A stretch of DNA of 64,000 nt. It comes from Octopus vulgaris (lineage: Eukaryota). A model generated the notes under the pieces. The model worked only from the letters and a program-made list of their open reading frames with translations, made no database searches and was not told the origin of the DNA. Positions 26,509-40,128 of this stretch are shown here, in pieces. The stretch is taken from the NCBI GenBank assembly GCA_951406725.2, contig OX597814.1:154194001-154258000 (forward strand), written 5' to 3'. Each line of letters opens with the position of its first letter. Position 1 is the first letter of the stretch. Made by a program: the position numbers and the translations under genes.

Positions 26509-29128
26509 CTGTTGCATCAGTGGTCCTAGGGATCCATACAGATTCTTCAACCAATGGGTCTGATGCAGGAGCAATACGTAAAGAGGATTGCACCTGTTGC
26601 TTTTGCTGAACATAATCTGACAAGTCTTTCAATTGGAAAGGTTCAGGAATTTCCTGGAATTCAGGTTCATACTTTAACTTTATTCCAGTTACCTCTGGTG
26701 TCAAACAGGGATTGGATTCAAATACAGGGGACAAACTACAAGGATGAGACTTGGTTTTAGGAGGTATAAATGGAGGTAACCCAGCCACATGTCGAGCTAT
26801 GGCTGCAGCTTGTTCATCCGGAGTTATAGCTGGGTTCAAAGGCAAACTGAGTTTATCTTTCAGTTCTGATGTATTCGTAGTGACAGCTGGTTCAAAGCTT
26901 TCTTCTTTCAGTTGAGATTTACCCAACTGATACAGTTCTAATAATTTCTCATCATCTGTTTTTGAAGAATTATTGGTCTGGAATTGTTCAGGAGGCATTA
27001 CTTCTTCTCCTCCTCCGGAGGAGGACACAGGGTAAGCAGTTAATACATTGTTTTTGGTGCAAGGGTCATTAAGTGTGTTCGTTGGTGAATTGCTACTGAT
27101 TTCATTTGGAATTTCTTCTTTACCGAAAAGTGGTCCCATGAATATATATGAATCAGACACATCACTGCTGTAGTTTTCATGGTCATTTGATTCAAAAGAC
27201 ATTGATGAAATCTGTTTTAGATTTTGGTTAGCTGTATCTAAATGTGACTCTTTGGAAGGACTCTGGCAGGCTGAATGAGAAACACTACACGGTTGCATTT
27301 TATAGTTGCATTTCATCTGGCTGAAGGATTGTTGACAATTATGGCATTTAGTTGGTGTTGTGTTATTAGAATTTGGACTGCAGGAAGAAGTACCAGAACG
27401 ATGACAACTAAAAGGTAAAGGTGGATAACCAGCAGTCTGCTTCTGGTCAACCGAAGGATTACACTTAGGTAATTCTGGAACCATATCTTGGTAGCAATTC
27501 TCACTGGGAAAACTGGAAGATCGTTGTCGTTCCCCCAATGACTGACCTTGTTCTGGTGGCACAGATTCTACATTTTCTACAGTTACAGGATTACAAGGCA
27601 GCCCAACTGAGCTAGTTCTATCAACAGGTGAGTTTGATGAGGCCAAATTTTCTTGGCTCAGAGAGGAGTTCTTGGTTTGGTCTTTGGAATTACGTCGAAT
27701 TAAACGAGAAAAAAACCCTGGAGCTTTCATATTGTTTTCCTGGTGTTTATCTTTGTTAGTTCCTTTATTTGCAGATTGATTGTTTCCACTTCCGTCATTA
27801 GACTTTTCGTTATTTAAAATCTGAAAATTTTTTAAGTTAGGAAATGGTACTGGGTTACAGTTTGTAGATAAAGATGAAGAAGAAGAGAAATCTGAACTCA
27901 GTGAAGTGGTAATATCTTTCGAAAATAAAGTTGGAGAACTAGGGTTTGAACATATGCTTATATTTGAGGTTTGGAAGTTTTCTGTAGCTGATTTTTTAGG
28001 GCTGCCTCCCATCTCCATGTAATTTTCCTCTGGATTTCCCGTTGCTATTGGCTGGGATCTCATCATTTCGGCTGGCATTGTGCTCAATGGAGGTGGAGGA
28101 GCACAACATTGAGTTATATTGGGTTCATAAATGGAAGTTCGACCAGGAGAGTTATGAGTGGATGGACAAGGAGGTGGGGGAAAGCCAGTTGGAATCTCAA
28201 ATTTACCAGTCATATCCATGTAAGCACGTGTCATGTTTGAATTACCATGAGGTAGGATTGGTGATTTTAGGAGGTCTGACTCTTCACACTTTTCTTCCTT
28301 AGCAAATCCACTCATCATAAAATACGAATCATCAGAGTTATTATCTTGGTCTTTTAAACGGACAGACGAAGGGTTTCCAATGTGTGACATGTGATATGGA
28401 CTTAAATCAGAACTACTGGAAGAATCTGGAGACATGGTGTGTCTTCGAGATATATGTGGAACTGGAGATACTGGGTTGTTAATGGAAGGTAGTAACTGAC
28501 GTTGACGATTTCTATTTTGCAATAATGGTCCCTTTGGGGGTAATTTTGGAGGTGGTGAATATTCTCTGGAACAATCCTCTGTTTTAGGGGAATTTACATT
28601 CTGGGAAATGTTTTCAGCTTTTGAATCTTGTTGAGGGAAATAGATGTTATTATGATAATCAATTTGCTGTTGTGTTTTATTTGGCAATGGTGGATGATTG
28701 TACTCGAGATTCAAGTTATCATAATTTTGGGACCTGGTGTCTGGAAGTAGAATATCAGCACTTTCATTTGAAGAGACAGACAAATGCCGTCGATCATCGC
28801 CAACATCGTATTTTTCCAGATTTACATAAGGTAGAGGTGCTGCTAGCTGTGAATTTTGTGGAATCTTGTTAAGCTTAGACAGAAGATTTGGACTAAGCAT
28901 GCCACTGTCCCAATATCCAGTACTAGTCCGATTAGATGAAGGAGCATTATTCAAAGAACAGCTGTTACTGCGGAACTGAACGTCATTATCAGTAAAATTA
29001 GCATCAACCCATGCATTTGTATTTTGGTAGGATTTTTTGTTTTGCAACATGGGCTGTCCCTGCATACTTACAACATATTTTGGTTGTGTCTGGCCCCCAT
29101 TTGGTTTAGTCTCTTCTAACTGCCAAAC
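26509..29128 (-). CDS. DOK7: DOK7-like adaptor, giant exon (disordered tail with YxxM, YxN and Pro-rich motifs), 2620 nt, phase 0/1
   Basis: tcatttag|GTTTGG...ACAG|gtaagc; 874-aa ORF in the same frame; phases match the flanking exons. Confidence 0.9.
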
Positions 29129-29274
29129 CTAAATGAAATGAATACATGATTTTAATAATCCTCTCACAAAATAAACTCATTTTATTTATCAGTTGTACAT
29201 ATATTTCAATGAAAGTAAAAATATTACCAGTGAAACCAAAATCTTTGGTATTCAATCTTCCAAATCTACAGCTA

Positions 29275-29480
29275 CTGTAAATCCTCGAGTATAATACGCA
29301 GGGGATTTTTAGGGGGCTGTACCTCTGAAAAACCTAACCCTTGTGTATAATACGCACCCCTTCTCTAACTTGAGTCAAGGAGGTCAATATAACGTCCTTG
29401 GTTTGTAAAAATGTATACGGTAACGTACTTTATTATTATTATTGTATATATAACATAATGCAAATGTGTAGCTTTTTTGT
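29275..29480. mobile_element. Truncated relative of the 35869 MITE (left end only)
   Basis: TA|CTGTAAATCCTCGAGTATAA...ATACGCACCCCTTCTCTAACTTGAGTC shared; no right TIR seen. Confidence 0.7.
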
Positions 29481-29606
29481 GCATTTTGTTTGCAGTCATT
29501 TAACATATATATGTTATAAGGTTTGAATTAATTATGATAATTAGTCCAACATTAACTTTGTTTTATTATTAATTTATAAAGACTGACATAACTCTTCACA
29601 AAGGTA

Positions 29607-29965
29607 AATAGACAATAAGAAGGGTACAATGTGATTTGTAATAGAGATTGTTTATTTAACAGACTGAGCAATATTTCAACAGATGGTCAGCCTTCTTCAG
29701 GTTCAAAGTGTAAAATGAAAACAAAACCAAAAAACGCACAGAAACAGAAACTCAAACTATGAATGAGGAAATACTGCGTTCCTTTTTAGATCTAAAAAAG
29801 AACACAGGATTTCCTCATTCATATTTTGAATTTCTGTGTTTCTGTGGGTTTTTACGTTTTACATTTTGAACTCCAAAAAGACAGAAAATCTGCTGAAATA
29901 TTGTTCAATCTGTTAAGTAAACAATCTCCATTACAAATTGCATCATGCTCTCCTTATTGTCTATT
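29607..29965. repeat. ~360-bp spacerless imperfect palindrome
   Basis: Arms AATAGACAATAAG...GAATGAGGAAAT..TTTTTAGA|TCTAAAAA..ATTTCCTCATTC...CTTATTGTCTATT. Confidence 0.85.
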
Positions 29966-29974
29966 ATCATTATT

Positions 29975-30429
29975 TTATTATTATTATATAATAATATAAT
30001 AATGAAATTATTGTATACAGTGCTCAGGTGCACTACAACTTGTCAGAAAGTGCATATAAAGTACATGCAGTAATGTAGAAATGTCTGGAAAGTGAACATG
30101 CTTGTGTATGTATGGAGGGGAGAAAATCAGGTGTAGTGTTGGCGAATCTCAGGAAGCATGGAAGTCTTGAAGGATGCAGTGCTCCGACAACTAACAACCG
30201 ATGCCGGCAGTTTGTTCCACGCTTCAGCAACTCTCAGCGTGAAAAAATGTTTCCTGAAGTCATGGGAGCTGTGCTGTTTTCTTACTTTGTAAATATGTCC
30301 ACGGGTGTTAGATGGGTGGACTTTGAAGAGGTGCTCAGAGTTATTGTTTGTACGATGGTTGATAATTTTATGGGTGTCTGCCAAGTCAGCTGCCAGACGT
30401 CGGAGTTTCAATGTGTCCATGCCCAGGGA
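29975..30429 (-). mobile_element. Second, shorter 3' fragment of the same CR1-group LINE
   Basis: Near-identical to ~2025-2459; ATT/AAT-rich flanks. Confidence 0.9.
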
Positions 30430-30735
30430 ATAATAATAATAATCATCATAAGAAGAAGGGGAAGGGGAGGAGAAACAATTCCTATAGAGAAATACTTAAT
30501 TATTCAGAAATCATTAACCATAAAAGCAAAAAGATTTCAAAAGTAATGCTGAGTACTGTCATCATCAAAACCCTTACCATCAAGTAAGATACCTATCTGG
30601 TGATGGATACCTGTGTATAAAATATTTAACATGGGAACCAATCATCACACACAGTCTGCAATCAGAATCAGAATTTGCATCCACTTGTAAGGAAATATGA
30701 AACAATAAAATTGATTGGTGCAGATAATAAGAGTG

Positions 30736-31122
30736 GCTTGTTTCAGTCATTTGACTGTGGCCATGCTGGAGCATCGCCTTTACTCGAGCAAATCAACCCC
30801 AGGACTTATTCTTTGTAAGCCCAGTACTTATTCTATCGGACTCTTTTGCTGAACCGCTAAGTTACGGGAACGTAAACACACCACCATCAGTTGTCAAGCG
30901 ATGTTGTGGGGACAAACACAGACATACAAATATATACACATACATATATATATATATATATGTGTACATATATATACGATGGGCTTCTTTCAGTTTCCAT
31001 CTACCAAATCCACTCACAAGGCTTTGGTTGGCCCAAGGCCATAGAAGAAGACACCTGCCCAAAGAGCCATGCAGTGGGACTGAACCCAGAACCATATGGT
31101 TCGTAAGCAACCTACTTACCAA
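30736..31122 (-). mobile_element. SINE family A copy
   Basis: High identity to 70-650 without the insertion. Confidence 0.8.
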
Positions 31123-31230
31123 CCAAAATTTTCCATCTTAAGTTTATATAAATACCAATTCTAATGATTTGTAGTATGTGGCTGGGTGACATGGTGGTTG
31201 AATCATAAGATTGACCTCAGTAAAGACATT

Positions 31231-31414
31231 ATTTATATTTGACGGATATTTGTCCTCATCTTGTTTGTTGTTAACACATTTCGGCTGATATACCCTCCAG
31301 CCTTCATCAGGTATCTTGGGGAAATTTTGAACCTGGTTCTCATTCCTAAGGTATTTTTCGATGTTATTATTATTACTATTATTATTATTGTTGTTGTTAT
31401 TATTATTATTATTA

Positions 31415-31452
<38 letters not shown>

Positions 31453-31499
31453 GTTATTATTATTCAAGTCACTGCCTGGAATCGAACTCCAGGCAGTGA

Positions 31500-31535
<36 letters not shown>

Positions 31536-31627
31536 TAATAATAATAACAACATTGAAAAAAGATGAGGACAAATATCCGACAAATGTAAATGATGTACAT
31601 AATTCCTCATCTCTTAAATATAGAACT
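31231..31627. repeat. Nested foldback element with (ATT)n/(AAT)n arms
   Basis: Outer IR GGATATTTGTCCTCATCT / AGATGAGGACAAATATCC; inner GTCACTGCCTGGA-atcgaac-TCCAGGCAGTGAC. Confidence 0.8.
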
Positions 31628-32530
31628 TGCAAGACATTTTGACTGACATTCCAACAATTATGTCAATTCATTAACCTTAAATTTCTTATACAGGTGCAAA
31701 ACTCAAAACTTGGAAGTGGGGAATACACTGACCTCATTCTTGACTGGTATATTAGTATATAGACCCAAGAGGGATCAAAGACAAAGTTGACCATGGAGAG
31801 ATTTGGACATGGTACAAAAAGAGTCAGAATAAATAGTGCAAGGCACTTAGAAGTCTGTGAACTGACTGCCCTAAATGCCAGCTTAATAACAGTTTCAAAT
31901 TTGGCACAAGGCCAGCAATTTTAATGAGTGTGTATGAGTATGTGGAGGATGTAGTTGATTTCACCAACCCCAGCATTTGAGTAGTACATTATTTTAGCAA
32001 ACCTATAAGTATGAAAGGCAAAGTTGATTACAGTAGGATCTGAACTCAGAATGTAATAAGCTGAAGGAAATACTGCTAAGCATTTTATCCAACATGCTAA
32101 CGATTTTGCCATCTCACACCAGTTTAATAACGACAGTTAATAGTGTATTAAATCACCCTAAATTTGTAATTAATTTCAAAACTATTTGGTCCTGGTACAT
32201 GTAAAAAACACTGGTGCAAGTATCACATAAATTGCATGGTGATGGTATCTCATAAAAAGCACCCACTACACTTGTATAGCGGTTGGCATTAGGAAGGGCA
32301 TCCAGCTGTAAAAACCAAATCAAAACAGACTATGGAACTTGGTGTTGCCTCTGGCCTTGCTAGTTCCTGTCAAGCTGTCCAACCCATACTAGCATGGAAA
32401 ATGGATTTTAAAGGACGATGAGTTGAAACAATATATTTCATTACAAATATGACCACATAAGGGTTAACTACTGAGTGTCAACTTCAGATTTGTACTTAAT
32501 ACACATTTTATAATTAGTGTTTGTACTTAC

Positions 32531-33168
32531 CTGCAGCATTTCATCAAGCAAAGTTATTTCTCTTTGGAGATTTTGCTCTTCTTTATGTAGTTTGTTCTGG
32601 GCATCCTGCCGACGTGTCTGTGTGGTTGCTCGGTCTATTTCTGTATCAATAACACTTCCTCCAGGAAATGGAGTGGAGGTAGTTATTTCATTTTCATAGT
32701 GAGTGTTCCCATTGGTAGGAGATGGCATGAAAGACTCAAATGAATGGTACTGATTCCCATTTCGATTGGCATTTGGAAAGTAATTTTTGCTGTTGTTGTC
32801 TACAGAGCTTAACTTGCTGTTTGTGGAACCTTCTGTTAGGTGAGGAATTAGTGTATTTCTATTGGGAGAGGGTTGGAGAGAATTCCGATTTGGACTCAAA
32901 AATTCCACTTTGCGTATACGTCGAGGTGGGATATCATAAATAGCAAGCAAATGATCTCGGGCCTCATTTTCTAAGTTCTCAATACTTATTAGTTTATTTT
33001 TCTCACCATATCCCTGTGCCCAACCATAGTCTGCTGCACTTATTGAATGCCGTTTTCGCCATTCTGAGTCATTTGACCGAGAGTCCATTTCAACAGAGCT
33101 GGTAGAACTTGGTGTATCACTGTACTGAGATTTGAAAGGACTGTCCAAGAACTCATTTATTTGGGATC
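32531..33168 (-). CDS. DOK7: DOK7-like adaptor exon (Ser/Asn-rich linker, YDIP motif, short putative coiled coil), 638 nt, phase 1/0
   Basis: ctttgtag|GA...CTGCAG|gtaagt; open throughout, same frame as the 226-aa ORF. Confidence 0.87.
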
Positions 33169-35261
33169 CTACAAAGAAGAAGAAAAAAATTTTAAAAAGT
33201 ATCTTCTAGTTAATATTAGAAATTAGAGGACAAATTATGTAAAAGTGAAAGTATTTGACATAAACTTAAAATCTCAGATTTAACAAACGCACTATAAGTG
33301 TTTGAAAGCATCTCATCCACATTCCATATTTTCTGAAATTTTCAGGTTGAAGCCATAAGTAAAAGCTTCTAAATTTATGTAATAAATAGATTTAAGAAAA
33401 ATGAAATTTAAGATGATTTCCTTTTAACCATCTCACTCAATTCCAGAGAGAGACAAAGTGAAGTAGGCTATGTTTATAACATCAATACAAAACATTAGAT
33501 GTATAGGAATAGAATGAGACAGGGTGGCATCCATATCTCTCTGAAAAGCATTAATTATGATGCAAATGAAAGTAAAAATGAAATGGAAGCTGGGTTGCAG
33601 ACTCTGTTTAATGGGAAGCTTATCTTCTATGATTACCATCTCAGACACAGCTATCAAAGAAATAAATACATTTGATTTTAAGATATTTTCCAACACCTTA
33701 CACTGATCTTTCCATGATATCAGTGGTTCAGTGACTGTAGCAAATATTAGGTGTGCCAGCCTCCCCACCCCAACTGGCCCCTGTGCTTGTAGCACATAAA
33801 AAGCACCATCCAAACAGGGCCAATGCCAGTGCTGCCTGACTGGTTCCCATGCTGGTGGCATGTAAAAATCACCCACTACACTCTCAGAGTGGTTGGCATT
33901 AGGAAGGGCTGTAGAAACATTGTCAGATCAAATTGGAGCCTGGTGTGGCCTCCCGGCTTGCCAGTCCCCAGTCAAATCGTCCAACCCATGCCAGCATGGA
34001 AAATGGACGTTAAACGATGATGATGATGATTTTATGAAGGTTTTTCAGTGCTAACATTAATTAACTATATTTCTAGCAGCATGTTTTACTAAAGGTTACA
34101 ATATAATGATAGTAGAGTCTGACGTGATGGCCTAAGCATGTTAAAAGATTATTTTGCTTCCTCCTGATAAAAGTAATCTCATACAAACTGAGGTCTGCAC
34201 TTTAATTAAAGAAAGATGGCCATTTTCTTTATAGATAAGACTTTATCATCTACTGTATTACAACGACTTGTACCAAATTCTGGTTTGGCTGACGGTAAAT
34301 TCTTTTAGTATTTTTCATAAAGAATTTATATAAGATATTTTAGAGTAGGTGACATAATATTTTTTTAAAACATATACTTGTGCTGGTGCCTCATAAAAAA
34401 AGTACCCAGTACACTCTGTAAAGTGGTTGGCATTAGGAAGGTCATCCAACTATAGAAACCATGCCAGAACAGACAATGGCACCTGGCCTTACCAGATCCT
34501 GTCAAACCCATTCTACCTATGCCAGCATGGAAAATGGGCATTAAATGATGATGATGATGATGATGATGAATTTAGGATAGGTTATGAGGTAAAATACTGT
34601 AACAGAAAAAGTGAAAAAGAAACTATAATCTAACAAAACACATGCAGTTATAGCATTCAAATAATTGTTTACTTATGAGTAGGTTTTTTTTTTCTTAGCG
34701 AAAATCTGACAAGACAAGAACTTAGAAACCATATATATCTAGTCTGACAATTTGAATGGTTTCTATTTTGCCTTTGCCAAAGCTAGAAAACATCTGCATA
34801 GTTATTACACACTCAACAAATCTACTCATTTCTTGTCATTAGTACAACATAAACAGCTAAAATGAAATAAACTCTAAAAATTGATACAAGTCAGCCATCA
34901 ACTGTCTATAACCTTGGTGAGAAAGATTTGCACCTGTTCAACATTTAGTTTATAACAATTTTACTACCAAAGATCCACAAGCAAAGTTAATCTACAAAAT
35001 AATTACTTCTACCAGATCTACAGTTTTTCCAACACTTTCTCACTGTGCTTATTTTTGCATATTTTCATTTCTGTGAACACAGAGCTAGTGGTGAGCTGGC
35101 AGTCGTCAAAGCATTGGAAACATTTCTGTGCAGGTATTTGTTACGTTGGTTAAGAAGCTTGCTTTCCAACCCATGTGGATGCAGGCATGTATACATACAA
35201 ACCCATGTGATAGATAAATAGATAGATAGCTATATAGACAGACAGACAGATATATATATAT

Positions 35262-35493
35262 ATTTCTTTATTGCCCACAAGGGGCTAAACACAGAGGGGA
35301 CAAACAAGGACAGACAAAGGGATTAAGTCGATTACATCGACCCCAGTGCATAACTGGTACTTTATTTATCGACCCCGAAAGGATGAAAGGCAAAGTCGAC
35401 CTCGGTGGAATTTGAACTTAGAACGTAACGGCAGACGAAATACCGCTAAACATTTCGCCCGGCGTGCTAATGTTTCTACTAGCTCGCCGCCTT
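35262..35493 (-). mobile_element. tRNA-derived SINE family B (Nin/Deu-like domain), CpG-rich young copy
   Basis: GGCGGCGAGCT..GTTCAAATTCC head, then GACTTTGCCTTTCATCCTTTCGGGGTCGATAAATAAAGTACCAG. Other copies near 6422, 12188, 17970, 20405, 39265, 48617, 51703 and 57970. Confidence 0.8.
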
Positions 35494-35868
35494 ATAGATA
35501 TAGATATATAATGAAAGCATGTGGTCTAATGGTTAAGGTATTGGGCTCATGGTCCTATGGTCATGGGTTCAATTCCTGGATCAGGCAGCATGTGGTGACC
35601 TCAGGTAAGGCACTTTATTTCTCATTGCTCTTTTCCATCACTCAGTTGTAGAGTAGCACCGGCCTAGTACTGGTGAAGCTCCAGCTGTTACATCTTGATG
35701 CTCCGTCAGATCAACAGTAGGAGGGTCAAGAGTGTACCTACGCTTGCTCACAACCATCCAAACACCAAAAACAGTTGGTGAAAATATGATACAAGTTACT
35801 AAGTTATACTTACTTGTGAGTGTGATGGTTAAATTATATATGGTTATACAAATATATATATGCATGTA

Positions 35869-36340
35869 CCGTAAATCCTCGAGTATAGTTCACCCTTGAG
35901 TATAATACACAGGGGATTTTTAGAGGGATGTACCTTTGAAAAGCCTAAACCTAGTGTATAATACGCACCCCTTCTCTAACTTGAGTCGTGTGTAATTAAG
36001 CCAGCATCACCTAGTTGAACAAACGCTTCCGTAATACAATAATGGTGATGTTCTTAACTGTTATATGGGAATGTAAATATGTTTGCAAATTGTTTTTGTT
36101 ACATGTTAATCTGTGTTCTGAATACTTTTATTTTAATAAATGTTGCTTACTGCAAGTTATGGATGATTCTTTTATGACTTCATTGCTTTCAGGCTTAGCT
36201 TAAGGTATTTTCGCACCCGACATCACAAAATGCGTCTGAATAAACATTGCCTCATTTTTAACCTCGTATATAGTACACACTAGGGATTCTGACCTTTAAA
36301 TTTTGGGAAAAAATTGTGGATTATACTCGAGGATTTACGG
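35869..36340. mobile_element. Tc1/mariner(pogo)-type MITE
   Basis: Perfect 19-bp TIR CCGTAAATCCTCGAGTATA, with TA on both flanks. Confidence 0.85.
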
Positions 36341-38946
36341 TATTCATACTTTAAAAAGAAATCCTGCAGACGTTCTGGGATGCATTGCCAGTGATATTTC
36401 TGGGGTCTTGGGCCTTTCAACATAAGACTCCTTAACCCAGTTGACTCAGCAGCTGTTGATCAACTCCCAGCTCACATCCCAAAAGCAGTAAACCACTGTG
36501 TGTGTGTGTGTGTGTAGAGTTTAAATGAACAATTTCATAGCAATTGAGTTATACACCTCAGCACATAAGCAGGAACAGATGCCACCTACAGTACTGTAGA
36601 AACATTCACTACACACACACAGTACAATTTTATAACATTGAATTAAATAGCAAGAAACAGAATCATGGGAGAAAGCTTGCTACAAAAAAGCAGAGACAGA
36701 AAAAAAAAAGTTAATTACTACTCAGTCATATATAGGAGTGATGCAAATGATAAACACTTTTACAGATATTAGTTCCTGTCACAAATATGAACTTTCATGT
36801 GCAATAATGTATAAAATTTTAAGAGAAGTCTTCAACGGAAATGACAGAATTAGGAAAAAAAAAAAAAGGGAATGGCGAAATTCTTTGAACTGCTATATGG
36901 AACATGAATAAGAAACCATAGCTACTCAAGATGCATTATTTAGCAAATGCTGCCACAAATGAACTAGAGCAAACTATAACTACATTATACTTAATATCTA
37001 TCAACTAAAGACTTGAAGCATGCAGTTAGTCATCACTGATGGGTCATTGGTAAATAGAGTAAAATGCAAAACTGCCTCATTAAGTTTATTTCTTGTTTCT
37101 CTACTGTGTTCTGCAAAGGGCTAATTCAGAGTTTTTTTTTGTTTTTTAGGGATCATGAAATCATGGTCTTAGCTTCTTTATGTCAATCATACAAGCTGGC
37201 AATAACATGAAGAGATACATGATGTTTTCTTATGTGCATCATTTTTTATCTTTTACTTGTTTCAATAATCAGACTGTGGCCATGTTGGGGCACTGCCTTG
37301 AAGAATTTTTAGTGGAATGAATCACCCCACCCCCAGTACTTTTTTAAGCCTGGTATTTATTCTATCAGTTGCTTTTGATGAACAGCTAAGTTACAGGATG
37401 CAAACAAACCAACATTGGTTGTCAAATGGTGGTGGGGGACAAACACAGACACAAAGACGCACCCATAGAGTTATATATATAGACACACACACATACAATG
37501 GGCTTCCTACAGTTTCTGTCAATCAAATCTGTTCACAAGGCTTTGGTCAGCCTGGGCCTATAGTAGAAGACACTTGCCAAAGCTGCCATGCAGTGGGACT
37601 GAACCTGAAACGATGTGATTGCAAAGCAAACTTCTTAGCACACATCATATTTAATATTATTATATCAAGACTTTATGTGAGCTGTTTCTAATATTGGTTT
37701 CTAACAGTAACACAAGGCAATGATTTTGTGAAAGGGTGTATAGTTGATTACATTGAGATATTTTAAAAAATTAATTTTTGATGCAGGAAGGATGAAAGGA
37801 AAAGTTGACCTTGGAGCAATTTGAACTTAGAACCTATAGTGCTCTTCCTCATATAAGCAATTCAATAAGAACTTACAAGTGTGTATATATATATCATCAC
37901 CATCATCATCGTTTAACGTCCGCTTTCCATGCTAGCATGGGTTGGACGGTTCTACTGGGGTCTGGGAAGCCAGAAGGCTGCACCAGGCCCAGTCTGATCT
38001 GGCAGTGTTTCTACAGCTGGATGCCCTTCCTAATGCCAACCATTCCGTGAATGTAGTGGGTGCTTTTTACGTGCCAGACGAGGGTGGCAAACGGCCACGA
38101 TCGGATGGTGCTTTTTACGTGCCACCGGCATGGAGACCAGACGAAATATATATATATATATATATATAGATCCTTCCCAAATCATATACCCTCACAGGGC
38201 CAATTTCTAGCATATGTATTCTTCCTTGAACAGGACACTGGTCAGTCACAGGATTACTCAATTTTGCCAGTTGATTGAATGGGAGCAATGTGAAATGAAG
38301 TATTTTTGCTCAAGAACATAGTGCATTGCTCAGTCCAGGAATCGAAACCACAATCTTACAATCATGAAGCTGACACACTAACCAACCACTTAGCTAGGTG
38401 CCTCCACATTCATGCATATATGCAAACTAAAGATATTTACAGTTATTTACTACTTGAAATATTTAAGGAATTAAGAATATTAAGCAACATTTGAAAACTA
38501 CAAAACATACTCATTTGGGAAAAATAAAAATAAAAATACATCAGAGAGTTCAATGCAATAAGTATAGGAAATCTAAAAATCTAGGAATGAGACCTTCTGA
38601 GTGCTTATTAAAGAAAAGCCATGCACAAAGTTGTGTGTGTGTGTGTGGGCACATGTGGAAAAAGCAAAGCAACCAATCGTGTTACTATCACAGTGCGACA
38701 TTCATTTTAACAGACATTTGAATTTAGCCAGAAACAGCACAAGGGAAATACTGGCTAGGAATTAAGATTTATGGCAGATGACAGGATAGAGAAAAAGTAG
38801 TTGAACTAAATGAAGTGTGAAAAATGAACAAAAAAAACAAAAACAAATAATGCAATGATGATTCCATTCTAAGAAGCAAGTGCAGCGTAAGCCCAAGGGT
38901 TAGAACCAGAATTTGTTTCTAGTTGAAAATAACACACTTGACTTAC

Positions 38947-39063
38947 TTCTTAGCATCACTGGCCATTTGCGCTCACCTGCTGTGGGTTTTCCTTCACTAG
39001 CAGCTTGGAATATTTCAGCGACCTCCTCACCTTGCTCAGTAGCAATAATGTGAACACCCGAAC
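38947..39063 (-). CDS. DOK7: DOK7-like adaptor exon (end of PTB domain), 117 nt, phase 1/1; coding frame missing from the ORF track
   Basis: acaacag|GT...AGAA|gtaagt. Reads GSGVHIIATEQGEEVAEIFQAASEGKPTAGERKWPVMLR, matching DOK7 AGVFFLSSAEGEQISFLF and in frame with both neighbours. Confidence 0.88.
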
Positions 39064-39911
39064 CTGTTGTAATAAAATAAATTCAGCTAATGCTTTAAAA
39101 TTTAATGCAAATTGAAAAATTAAAGAAAAAGAAAAAATAGACATAACTGTAAAATCATTTTTGAGCATTCTGAACAAAAATATTTTCTTTCTCGTTGACA
39201 AAGATGAAGAAGGAAAATATTAATTGCTATGTGAAATAGCTATAGATAAAAAGAAAATGGTGGCTTCAAATTTTGGTAGAAGGCCAACAAGTTTGGGGGG
39301 AGGGGGTAAGTCGATTACATTGGCCCTAGTACACAACTGGTACTTATTTTATCAACCCTGAAAGGATGAGAGGCAAAGCCGACCATAGCCAAATTTCAAC
39401 TCTCAACACAGACAGATGAAATGCTGCTAAGCATTTTGCCCAGCATGCTAACAATTCTGTCACCTCACCACCTTAAGCAGAAAATACTGATGAGAGTAAA
39501 GGATCAAAGAAAGTTGTTTTATTATTGCTTGTTTGTTTGTTTGTTTCAGTCATTGAAGGTCACCACCTTGAAGGGTTTAGTTGAACAACTTGAACCCAGT
39601 ACTTATCTTAAAGTTTGGTACTTATTCTATTGGTCTCTTCTGCCCAACTGATAAGTTACAGGAATGTAAACAAACCAGCATCGGTTGTCAAGCAATGGTG
39701 TGGGGACAAACATAAACTCAAAGATACATGTACATATATATAGCATAAGCTTTCACACAGTTTCTGTCTACCAAAATCATTCATGAGGCATTGCGATGGT
39801 TGACCAGGGGCTACAGTAGAAGGAACTTGTCTAAGGTGCTATGCAGTGGGATTGAACCTGAAGCCATGAATTCCTGCACTAATCCACATGAAAATACTAC
39901 TAGTGAATTAC

Positions 39912-40128
39912 TGAGCTGGCAGAAATGTCAGCACGTCGGGTGAAACGTTTAGCGGTATTTTGTCTACCGCTACATTCTGAGTTCAAATTCCACCGAGGTC
40001 GACTTTGCCTTTCATCCTTTCGGGGTTGATTAAATAAGTACCAGTTACTGGGGTCGATATAATCGACTTAATCCGTTTGTCTGTCCTTGTTTGTCCCCTC
40101 TGTGTGTAGCCCCTTATGGGCAGTAAAA
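39912..40128 (+). mobile_element. SINE family B copy
   Basis: Reverse-complement match to 35262-35493. Confidence 0.78.

Noticed and set aside
31144-31632. 162-aa poly-Ile/poly-Asn ORF
   Set aside because: Translation of ATT/AAT microsatellites in a foldback repeat.
35638-35865. Possible cassette exon between the PTB and linker exons
   Set aside because: Abuts a SINE, lacks a convincing acceptor/donor pair, and the flanking exons already join in frame.
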